NCBI GenBank assembly: GCA_046757025.1
Contig: JBHHXN010000005.1
Span: 1-64,000 of the forward strand
Reading direction: 5' to 3'
Origin: a bacterium
GTDB taxonomy: Bacteria; Zhuqueibacterota; Zhuqueibacteria; Oceanimicrobiales; Oceanimicrobiaceae
DNA: 64,000 nucleotides
Shown in pieces: positions 8,386 to 18,841 of this stretch. Made by a program: the position numbers and the translations under genes. The notes under the pieces were generated by a model that saw only the letters and a program-made list of their open reading frames with translations, did no database searches and was not told the DNA's origin. Position 1 is the first letter of the stretch; each line of letters starts with the position of its first letter.

Positions 8386-10215
8386 ATGATGAGACAATTC
8401 GACTTATTCAAAAATATGTTTTTGTGCTTTTTGATTTGTTTCAGCTTCTTTTCAACAAACAAACTTAGCGCTCAGAATGTGCGAGCGCCAGCCCAGACGA
8501 CTGTAGAGTTTTCGGAACAGAAAAGAGATCGATTGTTTCTGCAGGCGCTGGCTGTGGTTCCAGAAGACAAAGTGCCGGTGGAATTTCGATCTAAAATCCC
8601 ACCGTTCGAAACCGGCAAGTGTGCTACCATGCTTCTGGCGGAAGTGCGTTTGAATTTTCACCGCTTTACACCCAAGCAGCAAACCATATTAAACGAAGCG
8701 CTGGCACGGCCAGACCATTTGCCAAATTTTATGATCAGCTCCGATGGGCGATTTAAAATTCATTACACCACCGATGGCTTCGATGCTGTCTCGCCTACCG
8801 ATTTGAACAGCAACCAGATTCCCGATTTCGTTGAGGAGATGGCCAGTGCCTTTGAGAACAGCTACCAGGTAGAAATCGATGACCTCGGTTACCAAACGCC
8901 TCCGGACGACGCCGGACGCGACGGCGCTGAATACGATGTGTACATCATCAATCTCAAACCGCAGCAGATTTACGGAGAAACCCGTCTGGAAGATAGCGTA
9001 CCCGGTACCCCGCAGAACGATCTCCGCGGTTATTTTGTGGTGGATAACAATTACGATCCCGAGCGCTATTTTTCCGGTGGCGTGGAGGGCGCGCAAGTAA
9101 CCGCGGCGCACGAGTTTTATCATCTGGTACAATTTGGTTACCGCGACCTGTTGTACATGGACGAAGCCTTTTATTATGAGTTTTCCTCCATCTGGATGGA
9201 AGACGTGGTGTACGATGACATCAACGATTATTATCAGTACTTTCTGGGTAACAATAGTTTTTTTCGACGCCGGGATGTTCCTTTCAACAGTTTTGTCCGG
9301 TCGAATTTTGGCGAGGCCCTGTGGAATTTCTTTTTAGTGAAGAAGTTCGATAAAGTCGATCTCATCCGACGCACCTGGGAAATCATGCAATCCAATGTGT
9401 CGGCTATTGAAGCCATCAACCAATCGTTGTTTGAGAACGGCAGCAACTTCCGTACGGAATTTGGGGATTTTGCGGTGTGGAACTATTTTACCGGTCGCCG
9501 CGCCGATCCAGTAAACTTTTACGAAGAGAGCGCCGAATATCCGGAGGTGAAGCTGGATGGCGATTTCAGCCTATCAGCCGATACTACGGTGGTGGACTCG
9601 AGTTTGTCGTTAACGCACAATTATTACAAATTTACGAATTTTACATCGGGAGATTATTCCATCCGCGGTGATTCCAATGAACCGGAAAACTGGAGCGCCC
9701 GCGCCATCATCAAAACACCCAACGGCGACTACACCCTGCACAGTTTCAATCTGGTGGATCGAAAAAATCTGGGTTTTATTCCACGATTTTCAGAAATCGT
9801 GATAATTCCTGTCAACACGCGGATTTTGAAACAGGAAGACTTACCCATGATGAATTTTATTTACTCGACTTTTCGTTTTACGCTGACAAAAAAGGCATTT
9901 GAACCGGAGACCGAACAAAAGATCACCGCCATTTATCCCAATCCGTTTCGGATCGGTTCCGCGGATCAGGAACGCATCAACTTTCGTTTCAATCAACTGA
10001 ACACCGAAGATATCGAGGTGCGTATCATCAACGCCAGCGGGAAAATCGTAAAAACCGTCTCCCTGGATGACGGGACCGGCTTGCTGAGTTTGTCGAGTTT
10101 TTCCTGGGATGGTGCCGATTCGGACAATCAACCAGTGGCTTCGGGAATCTATATTTTCCAGCTTAAACAGGACCAACGCATGACATTGGCCAAGTTTGCG
10201 GTGATCCGGGAGTGA
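8386..10215 (+). CDS. Secreted zinc metalloprotease (MXAN_6640-like) with FlgD-Ig/T9SS-like C-terminus
   Basis: Signal peptide, FKIHYTTDG, TAAHEFYHLVQFGY (HExxH), C-terminal YPNPF..WDG..VASGIY. Confidence 0.75.
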   Translation: MMRQFDLFKNMFLCFLICFSFFSTNKLSAQNVRAPAQTTVEFSEQKRDRLFLQALAVVPEDKVPVEFRSKIPPFETGKCATMLLAEVRLNFHRFTPKQQTILNEALARPDHLPNFMISSDGRFKIHYTTDGFDAVSPTDLNSNQIPDFVEEMASAFENSYQVEIDDLGYQTPPDDAGRDGAEYDVYIINLKPQQIYGETRLEDSVPGTPQNDLRGYFVVDNNYDPERYFSGGVEGAQVTAAHEFYHLVQFGYRDLLYMDEAFYYEFSSIWMEDVVYDDINDYYQYFLGNNSFFRRRDVPFNSFVRSNFGEALWNFFLVKKFDKVDLIRRTWEIMQSNVSAIEAINQSLFENGSNFRTEFGDFAVWNYFTGRRADPVNFYEESAEYPEVKLDGDFSLSADTTVVDSSLSLTHNYYKFTNFTSGDYSIRGDSNEPENWSARAIIKTPNGDYTLHSFNLVDRKNLGFIPRFSEIVIIPVNTRILKQEDLPMMNFIYSTFRFTLTKKAFEPETEQKITAIYPNPFRIGSADQERINFRFNQLNTEDIEVRIINASGKIVKTVSLDDGTGLLSLSSFSWDGADSDNQPVASGIYIFQLKQDQRMTLAKFAVIRE

Positions 10216-10381
10216 ATTTAGAACGGCTATGAATGGAAGATTGAGGATTGAAAATAAAGGATTGCGCGGTTGAATCGATTTGGGAGAATGCAGGCGAAAA
10301 CACCATTCGTGCTTGTGTCAAAAATGAAATTAAAGTACGATGTCATTTTGCGTTAACTGAATCACAGGATTGAAGTGTTTG

Positions 10382-10446
10382 AACTCCGTCGGGAGTGGAA
10401 TATTTATGGAACCACACTGAATGGCTCGATTAAACTCCGTAGGAGT
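10382..10446. repeat. REP-like doublet AACTCCGT(CG/A)GGAGT
   Basis: Two short hairpins aactccgtcgggagt (10382) and aactccgtaggagt (10433) in the same orientation. Confidence 0.5.
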
Positions 10447-10592
10447 AATCTATTTAAAAGTGTTTAAAGTTACGGTTTGGCAGGTGTGTAGCTTTTCGCG
10501 ATAATTTCCTTATAAATGTTGACTTTAACTTTAATATTTTTTAAATTCCGCACATTGACGCAAACCACAAAATGTGAGCTTGAATACAAAAG

Positions 10593-10817
10593 ATGCCGAT
10601 ATTTGAATATACCTGTTCTGACTGTGGGAGCCATTTCGAAAAATTGCAATGGTCGAATGACTCCGAAGGGATAGAGTGTCCCAGCTGCACAGGCGCCAAC
10701 GTGAACAAATTGTTTTCAAGGTTTGGCGTGGGACGGGCAGAAAACCGCTCCTTTGCTGAAGCCGCTTCGTCGGAAATGGCGGGAGGTTGTTGTGGCGAGG
10801 CTTGTGGATGTCGTTAG
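10593..10817 (+). CDS. FmdB family zinc-ribbon protein
   Basis: MPIFEYTCSDCG..FE..CPSCTG; Cys-rich tail. Confidence 0.9.
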   Translation: MPIFEYTCSDCGSHFEKLQWSNDSEGIECPSCTGANVNKLFSRFGVGRAENRSFAEAASSEMAGGCCGEACGCR

Positions 10818-10860
10818 TATTACAAATTAGTTTGTAAACCTACTCAGGGAGGGTTTCGTT

Positions 10861-11154
10861 GTGACTAAAGGAGATATCATCGATATTGTAGCGGAGGGAA
10901 CTGGATTGACAAAATTAGAAACGGCTGCGGTTGTCGACGGCGTTTTAGCGACCATTGGCTATGCGCTGCAATCAGGCGACTCCGTCACTTTGCGAGGTTT
11001 TGGCAGTTTTCGAACGGTGCATCGCAATGAGCGTATATCGCGTAACCCTAAAACCGGCAAAATGATGCACGTTCCGGAGCGGCGGGCGCCGGTGTTCAAA
11101 GCTTCCATCGACCTTAAAAAATTAGTAAATCAAAATCAAAAAATGGAATTATAG
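10861..11154 (+). CDS. HU/IHF family DNA-binding protein
   Basis: MTKGDII, LRGFGSF, RNPKTG, PVFKAS. Confidence 0.92.
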   Translation: MTKGDIIDIVAEGTGLTKLETAAVVDGVLATIGYALQSGDSVTLRGFGSFRTVHRNERISRNPKTGKMMHVPERRAPVFKASIDLKKLVNQNQKMEL

Positions 11155-11171
11155 AATGGAGGTGATAGCAT

Positions 11172-11267
11172 TTGCCCAGCGGTAAAAAGAGAAAACGACA
11201 TAAGATAGCAACCCACAAACGGAAAAAACGACTGAGAAAAAATCGTCACAAAAAGAAAGTTCGTTAA
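11172..11267 (+). CDS. 31-aa basic protein, AURKAIP1/COX24 (DUF1713, bS22/mS38-like)
   Basis: TTG start after GGAGGTG SD; MPSGKKRKRHKIATHKRKKRLRKNRHKKKVR; below the ORF-track cutoff. Confidence 0.88.
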   Translation: MPSGKKRKRHKIATHKRKKRLRKNRHKKKVR

Positions 11268-11296
11268 CAGGTGGTCGAGATGTTTTTCAATTCATA

Positions 11297-11332
11297 GGGT
11301 TTCTTTAAACAGGGTGTTTTTAAGAAACCCTT
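11297..11332 (+). terminator. Probable terminator hairpin
   Basis: gggtttctt..aagaaaccc stem after the small-protein gene. Confidence 0.55.
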
Positions 11333-11469
11333 ATTAATTTTTACTCACGAAATTTGTGCTTCTGAAATTATTTATTAAAGAAAATAAAGTGAAATTGTTC
11401 TTTCATTTACCTGCTGCCTACATGTCTAATTTCAGCTCCTAAAATAACCCAAATCCTATCGTAAATTGC

Positions 11470-12699
11470 ATGTCACAGCTTAGCTTTGAAGACTTGTTCC
11501 AAGAAGAAAAACCCTTTTCCGTTTCTGAGATCACCCGCCAGATAAAATACCTGCTGGAATCCACTTTTCCAGAAATTTGGGTGCAGGGCGAAATCTCCAA
11601 CTACACACATCATTCCAGTGGGCATATTTATTTTTCACTGAAAGATGAACACGCTCAGATCAGCTGCGTCTTATGGCGCAATCGCAGCCAGAGGTTGTTT
11701 TTTACACCGCAGGACGGAATGAAAGTGGTTATTCAGGCGCGGGTTTCCGTGTATGAAAAACGCGGCTCCTACCAGTTGGACGTGTTGCAAATACAGCCCG
11801 CCGGCATCGGGGAGCTGCAGTTGGCTTTTGAGCAATTGAAACAAAAACTGCGGGAAGAAGGGCTGTTTGAGCAGGAATATAAAAAAGCCATTCCCGAATT
11901 CCCGCAACGCATCGGCATCGTCACTTCTCCGACCGGGGCCGCCATCCAGGATCTGATTTCCGTTTTACGCCGGCGATTTCCCGGCCTGGACATCGTGCTC
12001 AGGCCGTCGCGCGTGCAGGGTGAAGGGGCGGCCGCAGAAATTGCTCAGGCGATCGCGGAACTCAACGACTATGGCGAGATAGACCTGCTCATCGTCGGCA
12101 GGGGCGGCGGGTCGCTGGAAGATTTGTGGGCCTTCAACGAAGAGGTGGTAGCGCGGGCGGTGTTTAATTCGAAAGTGCCGGTCATTTCGGCCGTGGGGCA
12201 CGAAGTGGATTTTACCATCTGCGATTTTGTGGCCGATTTGCGCGCACCCACACCATCGGCGGCGGCTGAGCTCGCGGTGCGCAGCAAAGAAGAATTGAAC
12301 GTGTATCTGACGAGATGCTGGCAAAACATGTCCAACGCGTTGTACGATAACATCGACAAGTATCGTGAGAAATTGCTGAATATTCAAACTAGCTATGCGT
12401 TTCGTCAGCCGCTGGATCTGGTGCAGCAATACCACCAGCAGCTGGATGAAAGCCGGCGCATTCTGAATAATTTGATGTCACACAAAATCGCCATTTGCAG
12501 TGAGAAACTGCAAGGTGTTCACAAACGGCTGACGCTGCTGGAGCACAACAACGTGTTGAAGCGCGGATACAGCATCTGCGTGCGAGAGACAGATGCACGA
12601 ATTGTGAAAGCCGCCAGTGATTTGCAAGTGGATGATCGGGTTCGAATAACATTCTATCAAGGCAGCGTGTTGGGAACCGTGGATGAAGTTATTTCTTGA
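11470..12699 (+). CDS. xseA: Exodeoxyribonuclease VII large subunit
   Basis: WVQGEISN, SGHIYFSLKD, RGGGSLEDLWAFNEE, SAVGHEVD, RAPTPSAAAE. Confidence 0.97.
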   Translation: MSQLSFEDLFQEEKPFSVSEITRQIKYLLESTFPEIWVQGEISNYTHHSSGHIYFSLKDEHAQISCVLWRNRSQRLFFTPQDGMKVVIQARVSVYEKRGSYQLDVLQIQPAGIGELQLAFEQLKQKLREEGLFEQEYKKAIPEFPQRIGIVTSPTGAAIQDLISVLRRRFPGLDIVLRPSRVQGEGAAAEIAQAIAELNDYGEIDLLIVGRGGGSLEDLWAFNEEVVARAVFNSKVPVISAVGHEVDFTICDFVADLRAPTPSAAAELAVRSKEELNVYLTRCWQNMSNALYDNIDKYREKLLNIQTSYAFRQPLDLVQQYHQQLDESRRILNNLMSHKIAICSEKLQGVHKRLTLLEHNNVLKRGYSICVRETDARIVKAASDLQVDDRVRITFYQGSVLGTVDEVIS

Positions 12700-12710
12700 A
12701 ATTTGATAAT

Positions 12711-12962
12711 TTAGGTTTATCCGGATAATGCGTACTTTCTGTCTCTTGTGTTGTGACAAGATATGCTCTGTTGCAGACAAAATAAAGGCGACTCCCGAAA
12801 GTATTCGGGATTCGCGGAGAAACTACCGTCTTGATTTTGTTCCTCACTTCGCAGGCTGTTCGCCGACACAAAAGAAGGAGAAAGAATCAAGCGACCATTC
12901 CAAATCTTCTGAGCAAACTTTCACAGCGCAGCAAAAGTACGCATTAATCGGATGAACTCTAA
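12711..12962. mobile_element. Degenerate MITE-like element (family E)
   Basis: Imperfect ~28-bp IR ttaggtttatccggataatgcgtacttt / aaagtacgcattaatcggatgaactctaa; no clear TSD. Confidence 0.55.
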
Positions 12963-13309
12963 GCCTGAATTGACTATTCTGCGGAAACACCTGATGAACA
13001 GTTTTATTACTTGCGAATGTAGAATTTAATAAAATTCCATACGATTTCGTTGTCATTCGGTGCATTCAGTGTTTATTTTTGTTTTGAACACCGAAGGCCA
13101 CTGAACTCACAAAAAAAAAGTTGATTTTTTAAATTTAGTTTTAAAGCTGAATAATACATAGCCACGAAGTCCCGAAGACACAAAGTATTGTAAATATTGA
13201 GTAAAAGAAAATTGAATAGATTCCCTCAGCAAACTCAATTTCAAATTCATGTTTGTTGTAGGTTATTTATTCTTTGTGAAGAAAGTTTTTGAATAACGCA
13301 GGTTAAGCA

Positions 13310-13398
13310 GTGTCCATCCGTAATCGTCATTACGGACCAATAGATTCCCGCTTAAAGATTGCGGGAATGACAAAAAAGGGCTCTTTACGGATGGACAC
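13310..13398. mobile_element. Family-A MITE-like element, internally deleted (copy A2)
   Basis: Same 14-bp TIR; flanks TAAGCA/TAAGTA; lacks most of the left hairpin. Confidence 0.85.
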
Positions 13399-13481
13399 TA
13401 AGTAAAATCTATTTCCTGGCAAGACCTGATAGAGGGATTTATTTCAAATGAATTGGTAAACCATAACTTTGGATTAAACAA

Positions 13482-13700
13482 ATGGCAAAAAAGACTTTTG
13501 AAGGCGCGATGAAGCGGTTGGATGAGATTGTATCCAAACTGGAAAGCGGGGAATTGTCCCTGGACGATTCTTTGAAACTTTACGAAGAAGGGGTGGAGTT
13601 GACGCATTTCTGCACCGCAAAACTCAATGAAACCGAGAAGAAAATAAAAATGTTGGTAAAAAAGGACGGCGAGTTTGAATTACAATCGACTGAAATTTAA
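13482..13700 (+). CDS. xseB: Exodeoxyribonuclease VII small subunit
   Basis: TFEGAMKRLDEIVSKLESGELSLDDSLKLYEEG. Confidence 0.95.
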   Translation: MAKKTFEGAMKRLDEIVSKLESGELSLDDSLKLYEEGVELTHFCTAKLNETEKKIKMLVKKDGEFELQSTEI

Positions 13701-13714
13701 TTGGGATTAAAAAA

Positions 13715-14590
13715 ATGATGACGCTGGGTTTGATCGCAAATTTAGAGAAGCAGACAGTCGAAAAATTCGTGCCGAAATTGGTAGGGTGGCTTCAAAAAAA
13801 AGCCGTGCCATTTTACGTGGAAGAACGTCTGGCTGAGCATCTTGATCTGCCTGGCGCGGACGCTAATCCGGCCCCCGTGAGTGTGTTGGCGCAAACCTGC
13901 CAGATGATCATTTCGTTCGGTGGTGACGGCACCATTCTTTCAACTGCTCGCCTCATCGGTAAAAACGAGGTGCCGATTTTGGGCGTGAAAATGGGTGGGC
14001 TGGGTTTTCTGGCAGAGCTGGCGCCGGAAGAATTGTTTAGCAGTCTGGAAAATATTCTGCAGGGCCAATTCGAACTTGTCCAGCGAATGGTTCTGGAAGT
14101 GCAAATTAAAAACCCTTCCCAAATCACAAAATTTTATGCTCTGAACGACGTGGTGTTTGACAAAGGCGCGGTGTCGAGAGTGGTTCGGATCAAAACGCTC
14201 ATCGATGGGGAATACTTAAATACGTACATCGGCGACGGCTTGATCGTTTCGAGTCCAACGGGCTCCACGGCCTATTCTCTGGCCGCGGGCGGCCCGATTT
14301 TGCTGCCTTCTATGGAAGCCATCATCATCAATCCCATCAGTCCACACTCGCTTGGTGCCCGGCCGGTGGTCATCCCCGGCGATAAGACCGTGGAAGCGAC
14401 TGTGGAATTCGCACCCCAGAAAGTCATGCTCAGCGCCGATGGTCAAATTGGCCAGGCTCTCAAAGCGGGTCAGGGGGCGATGATCAAAAAAGCCGATTTT
14501 CATGTGAAATTGGTTTCGCTTCCCGGCCGAAGTTTTTACGATGTTCTGCGCACCAAGCTCAACTGGGGCGAAGATGTGCGGGATAGATAA
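13715..14590 (+). CDS. nadK: NAD(+) kinase
   Basis: GGDGTIL, GGLGFL, ALNDVV, DGLIVSSPTGSTAYSLAAGGP. Confidence 0.96.
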   Translation: MMTLGLIANLEKQTVEKFVPKLVGWLQKKAVPFYVEERLAEHLDLPGADANPAPVSVLAQTCQMIISFGGDGTILSTARLIGKNEVPILGVKMGGLGFLAELAPEELFSSLENILQGQFELVQRMVLEVQIKNPSQITKFYALNDVVFDKGAVSRVVRIKTLIDGEYLNTYIGDGLIVSSPTGSTAYSLAAGGPILLPSMEAIIINPISPHSLGARPVVIPGDKTVEATVEFAPQKVMLSADGQIGQALKAGQGAMIKKADFHVKLVSLPGRSFYDVLRTKLNWGEDVRDR

Positions 14591-14691
14591 CCAGCCATTC
14601 AAAAATAACTCAACCATTATTTGAGCGGGTTGTTCTGGACAGGGAAAACAATTCTCGGCCGGAATCGCTTTACCGCGCCCTCAAAATTCGC

Positions 14692-14720
14692 TTGACAACT
14701 CTTTAACAATTGTCTATATT
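14692..14720 (+). promoter_or_regulatory. sigma70-type promoter of mutS
   Basis: TTGACA-17bp-TATATT. Confidence 0.6.
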
Positions 14721-14764
14721 TTTGAAATATTATTCTAACAAATTTAAACAGCATTGCAAATCTG

Positions 14765-17392
14765 ATGACCCAAAAAATTAAAAGTACCCCGATGATGGAA
14801 CAGTATCTGGCCATCAAAGCCCGGCACCAGGATGCCGTGCTGTTTTTCAGAATGGGGGACTTTTATGAGATGTTTTTTGAAGACGCTAAAATCGCTTCGG
14901 AAGTGCTGGGGCTCACCCTCACTTCCCGGGCACACGGTAAATCGGCAAACGTGCCACTGGCCGGCTTCCCGCACCACAGCTTGGACACCTACCTGGCGAA
15001 AATGATCAAAGCCGGCCACCGGGTGGCGATTTGTGAGCAAATGGAGGATCCGAAATTAGCCAAAACCGTGGTCAAACGAGATGTCACGGAAGTCGTCACC
15101 CCCGGCACCGTGATGACCGACGACCTGTTGGAGAGCAAAAGAAACAACTTTTTAGCCTCGCTGTTTGTGAAAGACGAGACCTGCGGCATGGCGTTTGTGG
15201 ATATTTCCACTGGCGAGTTCACAGTGGAAGAGGTGCCGGTGGCGCAGTTGGAGGAAGAGCTTAACAAGGCGGATGCCGCCGAGCTGCTGCTTTCGGAAGA
15301 ACAAAGCGCTTTCATTCAGAGCAAGCTAACCAAAAGCACAGAATATTTTCTGACCACTCGCGAAGACTGGATTTTCACGCGCGACTTTGCCTACGAAACG
15401 CTGGTGAATCATTTTAGCACGTTGTCTCTAAAAGGGTTTGGCTGCGACGATTTGGACGCGGGCATCTCTGCGGCTGGCGCTGCCTTGCATTATTTGAAGG
15501 AAGTTCAAAAAAATCAATTAAGCCACATCAGCCAATTGCGCCGGCACACTGAAACGGATTTCGTCAGTCTGGATCGTGACACCCGCAGAAATTTAGAGCT
15601 GCTCACGTCTCTGCGCAGCGACACGAAACAGGGTACGTTGATTTCGGTGATCGACCACACCAAAACTCCCATGGGCGGCAGAAAGTTGGTGCAATGGATG
15701 CTCAAGCCGCTCTACCAGCCTGAAAAAATCAACGCGCGGTTGGATGCCGTGGAAGAGTTGTGTAAAGCGCCAGCGACCGTGCAGGAGCTGCGAGAGGCGC
15801 TCGGCAAAATCGGGGATCTGGAACGCTATCTCGCTAAAATCACCACCAACCGCGCCACGGCCCGCGATTTGATTCAGTTGAAGAATTCGCTGTGCATCCT
15901 GCCGGAATTAAAAAAGAACCTGCAGAAAATGGAATCCCGGCTTCTGCGGCAATTCGTGGAAAACACCGACGATTTGCACGCTTTAATCTCGACCATCGAA
16001 AGCGCTATCGTGGATGAGCCACCGCTGGCAGTGACCGAAGGCGGTATCATAAAAAAGGGTTACCATGCGGAGTTAGACAATTTGCGTGAGATCGCTTTCT
16101 CTGGTAAGGACTGGATCGCACGTTTACAAAAACAGGAGCGCGAGCAAACCGGTATTCCTTCTTTGAAAGTCGGCTACAACAAAGTTTTTGGCTATTACAT
16201 CGAAGTCACCAAACCCAATCTCTCGAAAGTACCGGAAAATTATATCCGCAAACAAACGCTGGTGAACGCCGAGCGGTTCATAACGCCCGAATTAAAAGCG
16301 TACGAAGAAAAAGTTCTGGAAGCGGAAGACAAAATCGTCACGTTGGAATACGAGCTGTTCGATGAAGTACGCAAGGAAACCGCAAAATTTGCTCAGGTGA
16401 TTCAAAAAAACGCGCAGGAAATCAGCAACCTGGATTGCTATGTCGGGTTTGCACTGTTGGCAAAGGAAAACAATTACACCCGACCGCAAATTACCGATCA
16501 AACCGCCATCAAAATTGTGGATGGCCGCCATCCGGTGGTGGAGAAATTGCTGCCGTACGGCGAGTCTTTCATTCCCAATGATGCGCACCTCGATTGTAAC
16601 AAAAACCAACTGATCATCCTTACTGGGCCCAATATGGCTGGCAAATCCACTTATTTGCGGCAAATCGGTCTCATCGTTTTGCTGGCGCAGATGGGTTGCT
16701 TTGTGCCGGCTAAAAAAGCCAACATCGGCGTGGTGGACAAAATTTTTACGCGGGTGGGCGCTTCAGACAATCTTGCCGGCGGCGAGAGCACTTTTTTGGT
16801 GGAAATGAACGAAACCGCCAACATACTGAACAACGCATCGCCTAAGAGTTTGATTTTATTGGATGAAATCGGGAGGGGAACCAGTACCTTCGACGGCCTT
16901 TCCATCGCCTGGGCCGTGGCGGAATACATCCACAATGCGGCCAGGGTGGCGGCCAAAAGCATTTTTGCCACCCACTATCATGAGCTGACGGAGTTGGCAC
17001 TCATACTGCCGCGGGTGAAAAATTACAACGTCGCGGTGAAGGAATGGGGCGACAACGTGATTTTTTTGCGTAAAATTGTCGCAGGCGGCTGCGATCACAG
17101 CTACGGCATTCAGGTGGCGAAATTGGCCGGTCTGCCGAAAAGCGTCATCAATCGCGCAAAAGAGATTCTCTCCAACCTCGAAGCCAACGAGCTCACCGCC
17201 AACAATTTACCGAAGTTGGCTTTGAGCAAAAACGGCGCGGTGAACCCGCCCAAAGCGCAATTGGATATTTTTGAAAAACAGGAATCCGAGCTCAGTACGG
17301 CTATCCAGAAACTCGAGATCGATTCGATGACCCCGTTGGAAGCGCTCAATAAACTTTATGAATTGAAAAAAATCATCAACGGTCGCGAGTAA
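14765..17392 (+). CDS. mutS: DNA mismatch repair protein MutS
   Basis: TPMMEQY, RMGDFYEMF, TGPNMAGKSTYLRQ, DEIGRGTST, FATHYHEL. Confidence 0.98.
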   Translation: MTQKIKSTPMMEQYLAIKARHQDAVLFFRMGDFYEMFFEDAKIASEVLGLTLTSRAHGKSANVPLAGFPHHSLDTYLAKMIKAGHRVAICEQMEDPKLAKTVVKRDVTEVVTPGTVMTDDLLESKRNNFLASLFVKDETCGMAFVDISTGEFTVEEVPVAQLEEELNKADAAELLLSEEQSAFIQSKLTKSTEYFLTTREDWIFTRDFAYETLVNHFSTLSLKGFGCDDLDAGISAAGAALHYLKEVQKNQLSHISQLRRHTETDFVSLDRDTRRNLELLTSLRSDTKQGTLISVIDHTKTPMGGRKLVQWMLKPLYQPEKINARLDAVEELCKAPATVQELREALGKIGDLERYLAKITTNRATARDLIQLKNSLCILPELKKNLQKMESRLLRQFVENTDDLHALISTIESAIVDEPPLAVTEGGIIKKGYHAELDNLREIAFSGKDWIARLQKQEREQTGIPSLKVGYNKVFGYYIEVTKPNLSKVPENYIRKQTLVNAERFITPELKAYEEKVLEAEDKIVTLEYELFDEVRKETAKFAQVIQKNAQEISNLDCYVGFALLAKENNYTRPQITDQTAIKIVDGRHPVVEKLLPYGESFIPNDAHLDCNKNQLIILTGPNMAGKSTYLRQIGLIVLLAQMGCFVPAKKANIGVVDKIFTRVGASDNLAGGESTFLVEMNETANILNNASPKSLILLDEIGRGTSTFDGLSIAWAVAEYIHNAARVAAKSIFATHYHELTELALILPRVKNYNVAVKEWGDNVIFLRKIVAGGCDHSYGIQVAKLAGLPKSVINRAKEILSNLEANELTANNLPKLALSKNGAVNPPKAQLDIFEKQESELSTAIQKLEIDSMTPLEALNKLYELKKIINGRE

Positions 17393-17546
17393 ATTTTTCT
17401 TGCTTCTTTCCTCAGAGTTGTTTAATTTGCCCACGCTAAATCGCCGTGTCCACTAATTTAAATTTGCAGATGTTTTGCATTGACGATACCTCTTTCAACT
17501 GATCATTTTTTATGCAAATCGACTTTTCATCAACCTATTCTATTTA

Positions 17547-17667
17547 GTGTCCATCCGTAATTGTCATTCCCGAGTGCCGTTATCGGGAATCTCATGCCTA
17601 ACGGACCAATGGATTCCCGCTTAAAGATTGCGGGAATGACAAAAAAAGGTTCTTTACGGATGGACAC
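17547..17667. mobile_element. Family-A MITE-like element (copy A3)
   Basis: Same 14-bp TIR; perfect TATTTA direct repeats (17541-17546, 17668-17673). Confidence 0.88.
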
Positions 17668-17696
17668 TATTTAGAGATGTTTTAAAGGATTAACAG

Positions 17697-18734
17697 ATGT
17701 GTTTCATCAAAAAATTGTTTGTTATCATTGGCACCGTGGCGGTGACGAACCCCCTGGTGGCGGGCGGTCTGACGTCTGCTAAGTACGCTGGCGAGTTTTT
17801 GAATCTGGGCGTGGGCGGTCGTTCTCTAGGCATGGGTGGCGCCTATGTGGCCGTGGCCAGAGACGTGACTTCGGGTTACTGGAACCCGGCGGGTCTGGCA
17901 TTTTTGGATTACCCGGAAATCATGTTGATGCACTCCAGCCGTTTCGATAATGTGGTGAATTATGAATTCGGCAGCTTTGGTTTGCCCATGGGCCGCAAGA
18001 GCAGCCTGGGTTTGAGCATCATTCGCGTGGGAGTGGATAACATCAAAGAGACGAAGTTGATCGATCCTTCCATGCCACTGGGTGCAGAAGTTATTGACGA
18101 TAATGGACAAAAAGTGATCAACAAAGTCCAGGAACTTCGAAAATTTGGCGCGACTGATTACGCCTTTCTGATTACGTACTCCAAACGTGTCTCTGAATCG
18201 TTTGCCTATGGCGGCAATATAAAACTGATCAACCGCTCCATCGATAAAAACTCTGCATGGGGCATCGGCTTTGACATCGGATTCCTATTTAACCCGCTGT
18301 CAAAATTGATCGTGGGCATCAATTTACAGGATGTCACCTCCACGCTGCTGGCCTGGGATACCGGCCGGCGGGAGCTCATCACCCCTTCCTTAAAAACGGG
18401 CGTAACCTATCCCATCGCGCTTTCCTTTGCGGGTGGGCAAATTCAGCCGGCTTTGGACTTTATCATTCGCTTCGAAGACCGAGGAGAGTCGGCCCAGGCC
18501 GGTATCGGGCCATCCAGCATTGATGTCAACTTTGGATGGGAGTATCAGTATCATGACGTTTTTGCAATTCGGCTCGGTTCATCGGAAGTGGGTCAATTTA
18601 CGGCTGGCGCCGGACTTCATTTCCCGAAATTAAACATCGATTATGCCTTTTTACAGCACAACGATTTAGGCGACACCCACCGAATTTCGGCTCGTCTCAC
18701 TCTGGAAGAGCCCAAATTTCTCCGCAAAAAATAA
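17697..18734 (+). CDS. PorV/PorQ-like outer-membrane beta-barrel (FadL-like)
   Basis: EFLNLGVGGRSLGMGGAY..D..SGYWNPAGL; IDYAF..LGDTHRIS. Confidence 0.8.
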   Translation: MCFIKKLFVIIGTVAVTNPLVAGGLTSAKYAGEFLNLGVGGRSLGMGGAYVAVARDVTSGYWNPAGLAFLDYPEIMLMHSSRFDNVVNYEFGSFGLPMGRKSSLGLSIIRVGVDNIKETKLIDPSMPLGAEVIDDNGQKVINKVQELRKFGATDYAFLITYSKRVSESFAYGGNIKLINRSIDKNSAWGIGFDIGFLFNPLSKLIVGINLQDVTSTLLAWDTGRRELITPSLKTGVTYPIALSFAGGQIQPALDFIIRFEDRGESAQAGIGPSSIDVNFGWEYQYHDVFAIRLGSSEVGQFTAGAGLHFPKLNIDYAFLQHNDLGDTHRISARLTLEEPKFLRKK

Positions 18735-18759
18735 CGCTTTTTCAAAAACAAACTTATCT

Positions 18760-18798
18760 GGCTTTTCTGTATTTTATAAAATAGAGAAAGCCTTTTTT
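18760..18798 (+). terminator. Intrinsic terminator
   Basis: ggcttttct..agaaagcc stem plus T-run. Confidence 0.6.
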
Positions 18799-18841
18799 AT
18801 TTTGCAGGGCTGTGTTAGCCCTAAAAAAGTTGAAATTTCAT

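Noticed and set aside
12728..13065. Short ORFs between xseA and xseB
   Set aside because: Inside or overlapping element E; no SD or recognisable motif.
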